Made by a program: the position numbers and the translations under genes
NCBI GenBank assembly: GCA_964391545.1
Contig: CAYMMR010000002.1
Location: 1 to 34,873, forward strand
Source of the DNA: an uncultured Nitrospinota bacterium
Lineage (GTDB): Bacteria; Nitrospinota; Nitrospinia; UBA9942
Length of the DNA: 34,873 bases
Direction: 5' to 3'
Shown: one piece after another, positions 1 to 7,196 of the stretch
Layout of the letters: each line of letters opens with the position of its first letter
Numbering within the stretch: the stretch's first letter is position 1
The notes under the pieces: generated by a model
Databases searched by the model: none
What the model was told of the DNA's origin: nothing
The model's input: the letters and a program-made list of their open reading frames with translations, nothing else

Positions 1-13
1 CAGTATCGTCTAA

Positions 14-580
14 TTAGGTTTTCTGTTCTATCTTTTTTATAAACACGCTCCCCTCTTTCAATGTCTCCAAATCAGTATCGGAATATAACCCTGCAAGCCC
101 GAGCAAAAACAACACAATCCTCATCCCGATCCCAAGATAGCCGACATCGTTTCCTGTTATAAAAATCAACAACAGGTTTATAGGAACAGCAGTTACAAGT
201 ATAACCCCTCCTGTCTTAAGAGGTTTCTGCTGAAAGGAGTTTCCAATATCAAGCCCAGATATGACAAACACACTCTCTCTCGAATATTCCGTTATTCTCT
301 CTACAAAACGATTATATATTCCTAATACTTTATTAGCTACTCTGCTGGTCTCAAATACAGGTATAGGCTCCCCTTCCCCTATCTCGGTCAATCGTCCAAA
401 GATGCTAAATCTGAATGCGATACATATCCATATCCATATCCCCGCCAGCATCCTGTGGAAGATACTATAAGAATATATCCCATCCAGCCTGTCTTCAAAT
501 GTCCTGTAACCGTAATAAACGGTCTTAATAGTATTTACAAATACACTATTTTCTATCCAGTGCTGAATAATCTGTCTCAT
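14..580 (-). CDS. hypothetical integral membrane protein
   Basis: 188-aa ORF with several hydrophobic segments (GIWIWICIAFRF, GGVILVTAVPINLLLIFI, RIVLFLLGLAGL). No family recognised. Confidence 0.45.
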   Translation of the reverse strand: MRQIIQHWIENSVFVNTIKTVYYGYRTFEDRLDGIYSYSIFHRMLAGIWIWICIAFRFSIFGRLTEIGEGEPIPVFETSRVANKVLGIYNRFVERITEYSRESVFVISGLDIGNSFQQKPLKTGGVILVTAVPINLLLIFITGNDVGYLGIGMRIVLFLLGLAGLYSDTDLETLKEGSVFIKKIEQKT

Positions 581-611
581 AAGAATTTATAATAGCACAG
601 CGTTTAAGTTG

Positions 612-720
612 CTGCAAAAACCTTTTCCTGAACGACTTTTTATTTTTTACTTTTGTTCCTCTAACCATTTTAAAAGAGCAAAAGAAAAAATAACGGAAGT
701 GAAGAAAAAGGTTTTTGCAG
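612..720 (+). repeat. long-hairpin element copy A (109 nt)
   Basis: CTGCAAAAACC TTTTCCT GAACGAC TTTTTATTTTTTACTTTTG ... CAAAAGAAAAAATAA CGGAAGTG AAGAAAA AGGTTTTTGCAG. Between ORF 14-580 and pgeF. Confidence 0.9.
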
Positions 721-725
721 TGTTG

Positions 726-1475
726 TTATTCCTTTATCGCCACAAAACTTATAATCCTTCCTGCTTGTTTACCTTCTTTCCGATAAGAAAAAAATCTGTC
801 ATTGTGGCAGTATGTGCAAAAATTAGTAGTAAGTATATTTTCCTGCTTTAATCCTGCCTCAATCAACTGCATTCTATTAGCCTTTTTAATATCCAACATC
901 CATTTTTCATTATCTTTCTTTATGGCAATATCTCTCCAATATGAGAATCTTTCTTTAAATGGATTAATACAATTATCATCCACCTCATAACAGCATTCTC
1001 CTATTCCCGGACCAATAACAGCAATTATATCTTTAGATGAGATAAGAAATTCCTCCATTATTTTAAGGACAGTCTTCTTAGAAATCTCCAGAGATGTCCC
1101 AACCCTGCCGGCATGAACAATACCAACAGCTTTTCCTTTTATATCCGCCAATATTACAGGAAGGCAGTCCGCCGTAAAAACGGCTATCGGAAATGCTCTC
1201 TTGTTCGTTATAATTGCATCGGCCTCAATTTGTTTAGGGGCAAGGGGCAAGGGGCAAGGGGCAAGTAACCCATGACCCATGACCCTTGACCCATGACCCT
1301 TGATAATATGTATATTGTCTCCGTGAACTTGTTTTACTGTAAATATCTTATTTGAGTCAAACCCAATTTGTTCTTTAAGAATATCCCCTATGCCGCCGCA
1401 TACTCTCGTTGTAAAGGCATGGGCTATATTGCCTATCTTATCAAGCTGATTGGAAATTATATACCTATCACGCAT
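726..1475 (-). CDS. pgeF: YfiH/PgeF (DUF152) family peptidoglycan editing factor / purine nucleoside phosphorylase-like protein, with a 22-codon repeat-derived insert
   Basis: Family motifs FTADCLPV, VHAGRVG and C-terminal CTYC..DRFFSYRKEG. The start overlaps the upstream radical SAM gene by 19 nt. The segment [22 protein letters not shown] is encoded by the heptamer hairpin at 1237-1302. Confidence 0.75.
   Translation of the reverse strand: MRDRYIISNQLDKIGNIAHAFTTRVCGGIGDILKEQIGFDSNKIFTVKQVHGDNIHIIKGHGSRVMGHGLLAPCPLPLAPKQIEADAIITNKRAFPIAVFTADCLPVILADIKGKAVGIVHAGRVGTSLEISKKTVLKIMEEFLISSKDIIAVIGPGIGECCYEVDDNCINPFKERFSYWRDIAIKKDNEKWMLDIKKANRMQLIEAGLKQENILTTNFCTYCHNDRFFSYRKEGKQAGRIISFVAIKE
1237..1302. 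repeat. periodic-arm hairpin, 7-nt units: (GGGGCAA)x4 - TAA - (CCCATGA/CCCTTGA)x4.5, inside pgeF
   Basis: Read directly. 66 nt = 22 codons, in frame. Confidence 0.9.
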
Positions 1476-3232
1476 TCAAAATCTCCGCATCTCCTGCATT
1501 CGCCTTTTTCAGGACACGATGGGGTTGTTCTCCCGTCTCTGCTCTTCTCTGCCTCTTTTACAAGATAATCTTTTCTTACACCGGAATCGATAAAATCCCA
1601 CGGTAAAATTTCATTATAATCCCTCTCCCGATAAACATAAAATTCAGGATTGATATTAGTCTCCCTGAATGTCTTAAACCAGTCGCCATTTAATCGATGA
1701 CACTTAAAAAGCAGTTCTCCCACCCTTCTATCCCCTCTCGATAGAAGAGCCTGAACATAAGACCATTTTGGCAATTCATGGATGACATTTATATTGCTTA
1801 TGCCTTTAAGTCCCGATTTTATCTTTTTAATCTTTCGATTCAACGATGCAACATCTTCCATCTTTTCCCATTGATATGGAGTAAATGGTTTCGGTATGAA
1901 GGGATTAATGCTTAAGGTTATATTTCCAAGATGTTTTTTGCCTTTTGCAATTTTTAAAACCGAGTGTTTTATCTTTTTTGACAGGCTGACAATCGCTTCT
2001 ATATCATCGTCGGTCTCCGTAGGAAGGCCGATAAGAAAATACAGCTTAAAATCCGGTATTCCTGCCGAGGCTATAACCTGAACTGCAGCGATAATCCCGT
2101 CATCGCTCATCTCTTTATTTATAGCCCTTCTTAGTCTTTCAGAGCCTGCCTCCGGGGCAATCGTAGCCGTCCTGTGTCCGCTGTCGGATAAGAATTCGAT
2201 TAATCGTTCCGATAGCCTATCCAGCCTCAAGGAAGATACCGAAATAATGCCTCCCATTCCCTCTATACCGTCGCATATTTTGGAGATATCCGGATTATCG
2301 CATATCGCCGCCCCTACCAGTCCGATCTTTTTTCTGTATTTTAATCCTTCCGAAGCCTCTTTGAGTATAACATCGGCGCTGTAATTTCTCGAAGGGCGGT
2401 AACTATATCCGGACAGACAGAATCTGCAGTGTTTCCCGCACCCCCTTCCAACCTCAATCATATACATATCTCCGAATACCGTATTCGATGTTATTATACG
2501 AGAAGAAGTCGGAGTCATGTTTAAATTCTTTACCCATCTCCTCTTAACCTTTGAGGGAAAACCGTCTTGCGGCAATATCTCTTCAATCTCCCCCGATTTA
2601 TTATAAGACACCTCATAAGCAGATGGTATATATATGCCATCAATAGCGGAGAGCCTTTGGTAAAACCTATCTTTAACCACTGACCACTGACCACTGACCA
2701 CTGACTCATAGTTTTCTCTCAACACTTCAACAACCTCATCTATCGCCTCATCGCCTTCTCCGACAAAAAATATATCGATAAAATCGGAGAGCGGCTCGGG
2801 ATTAAAGGCGGCGCAAATTCCGCCCATTAGTATTAAAGGGTATTTTCCATTTCTGTCGCTGCCTTTTACAGGTATATGAGAAAGGCCGAGCATCCGGAGT
2901 ATATTTATATAATCGGATTCAAATGTAACCGAAAAGGCGGCAATATCGAAATTCTGCACAGGGGTCTGCGATTCGAGCGAAAAAAGGGGAATATTCTCTT
3001 TCTCAAAATGAATTAAATCTTCAGGGGAAGGGAGAAATACCCTTTCGCAAAGGATGTCGGGATGACGGTTAAGTAGAGAGTATATCTTTTGAAAACCAAG
3101 GTTGGACATCCCTACCCGATAGGTATTCGGGTAACAGAGGGCAAATGTTATCTTGCCGCCAAAAGATTTTTTTACAGCGCCTGTCTCCTCCGAGAGGAGA
3201 CCCTTCATCCTTTCATAAAGCTGCCATGACAT
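1457..3232 (-). CDS. radical SAM protein with N-terminal B12-binding-like domain (TIGR03960-like)
   Basis: CX3CX2C cluster GRGCGKHCRFCLSGY, about 590 aa, Cys-rich C-terminus (CPEKGECRRCGDFEC). Contains four perfect CCACTGA heptamers at 2677-2705. Confidence 0.75.
   Translation of the reverse strand: MSWQLYERMKGLLSEETGAVKKSFGGKITFALCYPNTYRVGMSNLGFQKIYSLLNRHPDILCERVFLPSPEDLIHFEKENIPLFSLESQTPVQNFDIAAFSVTFESDYINILRMLGLSHIPVKGSDRNGKYPLILMGGICAAFNPEPLSDFIDIFFVGEGDEAIDEVVEVLRENYESVVSGQWSVVKDRFYQRLSAIDGIYIPSAYEVSYNKSGEIEEILPQDGFPSKVKRRWVKNLNMTPTSSRIITSNTVFGDMYMIEVGRGCGKHCRFCLSGYSYRPSRNYSADVILKEASEGLKYRKKIGLVGAAICDNPDISKICDGIEGMGGIISVSSLRLDRLSERLIEFLSDSGHRTATIAPEAGSERLRRAINKEMSDDGIIAAVQVIASAGIPDFKLYFLIGLPTETDDDIEAIVSLSKKIKHSVLKIAKGKKHLGNITLSINPFIPKPFTPYQWEKMEDVASLNRKIKKIKSGLKGISNINVIHELPKWSYVQALLSRGDRRVGELLFKCHRLNGDWFKTFRETNINPEFYVYRERDYNEILPWDFIDSGVRKDYLVKEAEKSRDGRTTPSCPEKGECRRCGDFECVIGI
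2677..2705. repeat. single-arm heptamer array (CCACTGA)x4, perfect, inside the radical SAM CDS
   Basis: Read directly. Encodes SVVSGQWSVV on the minus strand. Confidence 0.9.
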
Positions 3233-3243
3233 TATTTAAAAAA

Positions 3244-3305
3244 GGTTGAGGTTGAGGTTGAGGTTGAGCGATTGTTTTTCTTAACCTTAACCTTAGCCTT
3301 AACCT
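3244..3305. repeat. periodic-arm hairpin, 6-nt units: (GGTTGA)x4 - 11-nt spacer - (CTTAAC/CTTAGC)x4
   Basis: Intergenic between the radical SAM start and the Zn-ribbon gene stop. The arms pair with G:U at one position per unit on the plus strand. Confidence 0.9.
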
Positions 3306-3312
3306 TTGTTTT

Positions 3313-5364
3313 CTATTTGACTTTTAGTTCCTCTATGTCAACCTTCTTTACCCTTCCGTTTTTCATATTCTCGTTAATATTACGGATTACTACCTCCTTC
3401 AATTTCTCCCTTACAAAGTGGGTGTCTTCATAAAATTTATCCCTGAAGAATTGGTCAACGGAATCCTCCAATATTCCTTCATAATACATAGGATTCTTTT
3501 TAATTATATCCGCAGACTCTTTGTTTTCGAGCTCCAATTTTACATTCATGGTCATAACTTTATTCTCCTCGGGGCTAAAGGATATTGGCAATATAATACC
3601 CAATCTTGCAAGTCTTTCTTCTGGAACAGGCGGCGCAGGAGGCGTCGAGGCTGTCTGCGTTTCTGCCTGTGAAGGCTGCTGCGATTCGGTTAGATTCGCT
3701 TCGCCCGCTGCAGGCTTCTTTTCCATTTCCGCAGGCTTTTCCGTTTCTAAAGGCTTAACCGGTTCTTCCACCTTTTTCTCCTCAATGCGAGGTTTTGGAG
3801 AAGGTCTCTCTTTTACGGCTACAATTTCTTCCTTCTCCTTTACGCCGGACATCCATTTTTTAGCAACTACTACAATAACTAAGGTTCCGGCGGCAAGAAT
3901 TGCAAGCATAATAAGCGATAGGATTATCAGTTTCCATGTAATTTTCCTTTTACCGGCAGGGGCTTCTCCCTGGTCTGCCGATGCCTCTTCCGTTAAACCT
4001 GTAGTGAGCGAAGCGAATCTATCAATATCCTGTTGCGCCCCTTTTTTTAAAAATCTACCCTGCAATTTCGATAGATAGGATGATAGACGGACATTCTCCA
4101 TTATCTTTCCGAAGAATCCGGAGCCTTTAGGCTTAAACTCCTCTTCCATATCCGCCATTACATCTATCGGAGAGGTATCTTCAGCTGTATCGGAAACAGG
4201 ACGGCGGGCTTCGGTTTCCAAATTTTCAGATGAAACCATCGTCCCATCTAACGATTCGGATGCCTTTTTCATGACATCGTCAAATTCAGAAGATATAGAA
4301 GGCTCTGGCACAGCTTCTCCAGATACCGCAGATTCTCTTTGCGCATCGCCGATATTCATCTCTACCGCTGTGTCTTCCATCAACTTATCTAAATCTATCT
4401 CTCCTTCGCCTCCTGCTTGTGCCGGTGGTGCGGCAGGCGGATTAATATCCGCCTCGATAGCGCTATTTTCAGGCGACGTGCTTAATGACCCGGCAAGAAG
4501 TTTATCCATTTCTTCCTGACTCAGAATGCCTCCTGTTTTTATATCGGCATCCAATGGGACAAATTCTTGTTCCTGAAAAATCGGCAGATCCGCCTCTATA
4601 GCAGGTTCAGCCTCTTTTTCTTCTTCAACTGCCGCCGAGTTTTGCGAAAAACCTGCATCTCCCAAATCGAGTTCGGGCTCTGTGGTTTGAGGGGTTGATT
4701 CAACAGGAGAGATTTGGCTGACAATATCGGAGGTCTGTTCTCTATTTTCTATGCCGTCTCCTTCCTCCGATTTCTTTTCTTCCAACTCATTTAAAAACTC
4801 ATCGATACCGGCATCCTCTAAGTGCGGCTCATCCTTTTCCGGTTCCGCAGCAACAGAAGACGCAATATCTTCCGTAAAAACAGAAAGCTCATCTTCGGCA
4901 GATTTTTCGACAGACGCAGAAAATCCTTCATTTAAAATGTCTTTAAGCCGCTCTTCTCCAGGAAGCGCTTTTTCCTTTAATATATCGGATTCTATTTCAT
5001 TTAATAACTCGCCGACCCCATCTTTATCCTCTTTCACATCCGACCCGTTATTCCCTGTTTCCGTTCCTTGCCCCTCCTGCTTACTGTCCCTGCTTGAATC
5101 ATGCAGGGACATGCTTGCAGAGCCTGCCCCGCACTCGATGCTGGGGGCAAGCCCGCCTCCTGCTCCATCGAACATAGCCCTTTCTTCCCATTTTGATATG
5201 TTCTCCTTCAAGCTGCTGACGATATTATTCAATTCAACGGCTTCTCTTTTCTTTACAAAGAATATACTCCCGCATTTATAGCACTTGGCTTTTATGCCTT
5301 CTGCAGTAATAATATCGTCCTTTACTTTATATTTCGATGTGCACTTAGGGCAGCGAAGCAGCAT
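3313..5364 (-). CDS. MJ0042-type zinc-ribbon protein with long acidic linker, one TM helix and a FliL-like C-terminal domain
   Basis: N-terminus is MLLRCPKCTSKYKV..(17 aa)..CYKCGSIFFV. About 450 aa are D/E/S/P-rich and low complexity. The TM helix is WKLIILSLIMLAILAAGTLVIVVVA (about nt 3853-3936). The last ~100 aa (LPISFSPEENKVMTMNVKLELENKESADIIKKNPMYYEGILEDSVDQFF...) resemble FliL. It lies in the flagellar operon. Confidence 0.5.
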   Translation of the reverse strand: MLLRCPKCTSKYKVKDDIITAEGIKAKCYKCGSIFFVKKREAVELNNIVSSLKENISKWEERAMFDGAGGGLAPSIECGAGSASMSLHDSSRDSKQEGQGTETGNNGSDVKEDKDGVGELLNEIESDILKEKALPGEERLKDILNEGFSASVEKSAEDELSVFTEDIASSVAAEPEKDEPHLEDAGIDEFLNELEEKKSEEGDGIENREQTSDIVSQISPVESTPQTTEPELDLGDAGFSQNSAAVEEEKEAEPAIEADLPIFQEQEFVPLDADIKTGGILSQEEMDKLLAGSLSTSPENSAIEADINPPAAPPAQAGGEGEIDLDKLMEDTAVEMNIGDAQRESAVSGEAVPEPSISSEFDDVMKKASESLDGTMVSSENLETEARRPVSDTAEDTSPIDVMADMEEEFKPKGSGFFGKIMENVRLSSYLSKLQGRFLKKGAQQDIDRFASLTTGLTEEASADQGEAPAGKRKITWKLIILSLIMLAILAAGTLVIVVVAKKWMSGVKEKEEIVAVKERPSPKPRIEEKKVEEPVKPLETEKPAEMEKKPAAGEANLTESQQPSQAETQTASTPPAPPVPEERLARLGIILPISFSPEENKVMTMNVKLELENKESADIIKKNPMYYEGILEDSVDQFFRDKFYEDTHFVREKLKEVVIRNINENMKNGRVKKVDIEELKVK

Positions 5365-5454
5365 AGCTTATATTTTAACAGATTTTCAAAAATGAGACAT
5401 CTATTTTCCCGGTAAAATTTCGATAAATTTCGGGTAAATTATAGCGAAGAATAA

Positions 5455-6201
5455 TCAGAATGGGAGTTTTTTAATCAGACTGAAACTTGCAGTCTCTGCT
5501 ACCTCTTCAAAGGTTACCGGTCTTGCCCTCATGGCCTCGACTGCAATCGTTGCCTGTCCAGAACCTTCCCATACAATATTTCCAGTCGAAACATCCCACA
5601 CCTGAAGGAATATCTTAACGGTAGTCTCCCTTGTCGAAATAAGAGATAATCCAAGAAAAGAGAATCTTGAATATGTTGTTTCCGTAAAAGATAACAGCCT
5701 TGGCTGCGCCACATACCGAACATCGAGCGCATTGCCTATCCTTTTAAGGAGGCTTATGTTCAGTATGCCGGTAATATCATAATAATCCAGCATTTCCGAA
5801 TAAGAGCTTGTAAGCCCGGCATTGTTAATGCTGTTTATAGCCTCTCTCGATGAAACAAAGACGATTGAAGGTTTTTCCAGCTTAAATGCCTTTTCCAATA
5901 TATCCGAAACCGTCAGCCTGTATTCTCCAAGGTTGCTCCACCTCGAAACTATCGTAGTAAGAAAACCTATACGATGATCGTTTACATCTTCTATAACAGG
6001 AGAGCGGTATAATTCATTTGCGCTATAGTTTATCTGCTTGAAAGGCCCGCTGCAGCCTGCAATGAAGAAGAATACAGAAGACAGAAGACAGAAGACAGAA
6101 TAAAAAAACCGATTAATCCGCAGATTACGCAGATTTTCGCAGATTTCTTGACTTCTGTCATCTGTCATCTGTCCTCTGTCTTCTGTCCTCTGTCTTCTCA
6201 T
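5455..6201 (-). CDS. putative lipoprotein (flagellar-operon associated, family not recognised)
   Basis: Lipobox FFFIAGCSG follows the hydrophobic stretch YSVFCLLSSVFFF. The N-terminal ~45 codons are encoded by heptamer arrays. Alternative start at M12 (nt 6168). The stop of the upstream maf-like gene overlaps the start (ATGA). Confidence 0.55.
   Translation of the reverse strand: MRRQRTEDRGQMTDDRSQEICENLRNLRINRFFYSVFCLLSSVFFFIAGCSGPFKQINYSANELYRSPVIEDVNDHRIGFLTTIVSRWSNLGEYRLTVSDILEKAFKLEKPSIVFVSSREAINSINNAGLTSSYSEMLDYYDITGILNISLLKRIGNALDVRYVAQPRLLSFTETTYSRFSFLGLSLISTRETTVKIFLQVWDVSTGNIVWEGSGQATIAVEAMRARPVTFEEVAETASFSLIKKLPF
6064..6199. repeat. composite periodic hairpin: (AAGACAG-type)x5 - spacer containing CGCAGAT x3 - (CTTCTGT/CATCTGT/CCTCTGT)x7
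   Basis: Left arm 6064-6100. Three CGCAGAT copies at 6119, 6128 and 6138. Right arm 6152-6199. Covers the 5' end of the lipoprotein ORF. Confidence 0.9.
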
Positions 6202-7115
6202 ATCTTATATTTTAGCATCTTATTCAGCATCCAGCTTGTATTTACTTTCTTGCTGCAATATTTATATACTACCTCGGATAATGGCATTATCTGACATCCG
6301 TTTTTAAGTATACCGCCTTCCGTGCTGTTTATAATATTTAAAGCGCCATCTCTTTTCCATTGAGAAAATGCCCATTCAAGCCACTGCTTCGTTACGGACA
6401 TGGATTTTATCGTAGGTATATTCATTCCGAATACATCTTTCTCGCTTATTATATTGTCCTTTTGTTTTTCAAATACAGAAAGCAGGTCTTCATCTTCATA
6501 TATCGAATTTCGAGTATAAACATTCCCTTCCGAATAAGAAAGGTCCTGTCCGACAAAGGCGATTGGATTGGCTCCGCTTTTAAAGGCAAGGTCATAAGCC
6601 ACGGATAACACGCTGCCGCCCGGAGTAAGGGTGCCTACGCCTCCTACTGCTTTCCGGATCTGGTCAAAGAGCGGTATATCCGGGGCATATTTATTATAAA
6701 ATACAACCCTTCCCCGCCATATTTTCAACACCGACGGATGAACGACGGTCGAGGTAACCAGAATCAGGTCTTTTGTATCTATTCCTTTAAAGAAATCCGT
6801 TACATATTTTTGAGGGTCGAGATTGACTACGAGAGAAGGGGTAATCGAATGGTAAAGGAGGGTTTTCAAGACAGCATCGCAAGATATTATCAGCGACCTC
6901 TCTCTGGCAGCATATAAATACTTTATGTTTTTATCGAGAGATGGTCCTGCCCCTACAATTATACACGGCACATCTTTAAATCTGTCTTTAAGGGCAAAAA
7001 CACCCGGACTGCGTGATATATCTCCTCTGTTTTTATTGAAATTATTCTGCCATAACCCGGTAAATAAATTTATTGTAGCATTCTTAACTTCTTTCAGTCT
7101 TTCATGGTCTACCAT
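6198..7115 (-). CDS. DUF115 / motility-associated factor (Maf)-like glycosyltransferase family protein
   Basis: CIIVGAGPSLDKNI nucleotide-binding-type motif typical of DUF115/MptE-like Maf proteins. It lies directly downstream of flgE. Confidence 0.55.
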   Translation of the reverse strand: MVDHERLKEVKNATINLFTGLWQNNFNKNRGDISRSPGVFALKDRFKDVPCIIVGAGPSLDKNIKYLYAARERSLIISCDAVLKTLLYHSITPSLVVNLDPQKYVTDFFKGIDTKDLILVTSTVVHPSVLKIWRGRVVFYNKYAPDIPLFDQIRKAVGGVGTLTPGGSVLSVAYDLAFKSGANPIAFVGQDLSYSEGNVYTRNSIYEDEDLLSVFEKQKDNIISEKDVFGMNIPTIKSMSVTKQWLEWAFSQWKRDGALNIINSTEGGILKNGCQIMPLSEVVYKYCSKKVNTSWMLNKMLKYKI

Positions 7116-7124
7116 AATAAAAAC

Positions 7125-7190
7125 AGGTAAAGGTATAGGTAAAGGTTGGAAAATATCCCTAATATCTTTACCTTTACCTTTACCTCTGCC
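7125..7190. repeat. periodic-arm hairpin, 6-nt units: (AGGTAA/AGGTAT)x3.7 - 19-nt spacer - (CTTTAC)x3 CTCTGC
   Basis: Intergenic between the flgE stop (7197) and the maf-like start (7115). Confidence 0.9.
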
Positions 7191-7196
7191 TATCTA

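Noticed and set aside
424-441. ATATCC x3 hexamer run inside ORF 14-580 (encodes WIWIWI)
   Set aside because: It has only three units, is in frame within a hydrophobic segment, and has no partner arm. That is too short to assign to the periodic-hairpin family with any confidence.
612-720. Calling the ~110-nt elements MITEs or mobile elements
   Set aside because: They have no direct target-site duplications. The terminal inverted repeats are not conserved between copies. No transposase is present in the window. I therefore annotated them as structured repeats rather than mobile elements, though mobility is not excluded.
609-851. 80-aa plus-strand ORF beginning in long-hairpin copy A
   Set aside because: It is translated from the repeat element and then runs antisense into the pgeF 3' end. 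It has a non-ATG start and no SD.
3521-5281. Plus-strand ORFs 3521-4078 (185 aa), 4271-4519 and 4751-5281 (176 aa)
   Set aside because: They are antisense to the Glu/Asp-rich region of the Zn-ribbon/FliL-like gene. Their Ser/Phe-rich composition is what GAA/GAT-rich coding sequence gives on the opposite strand. No start-site signals.
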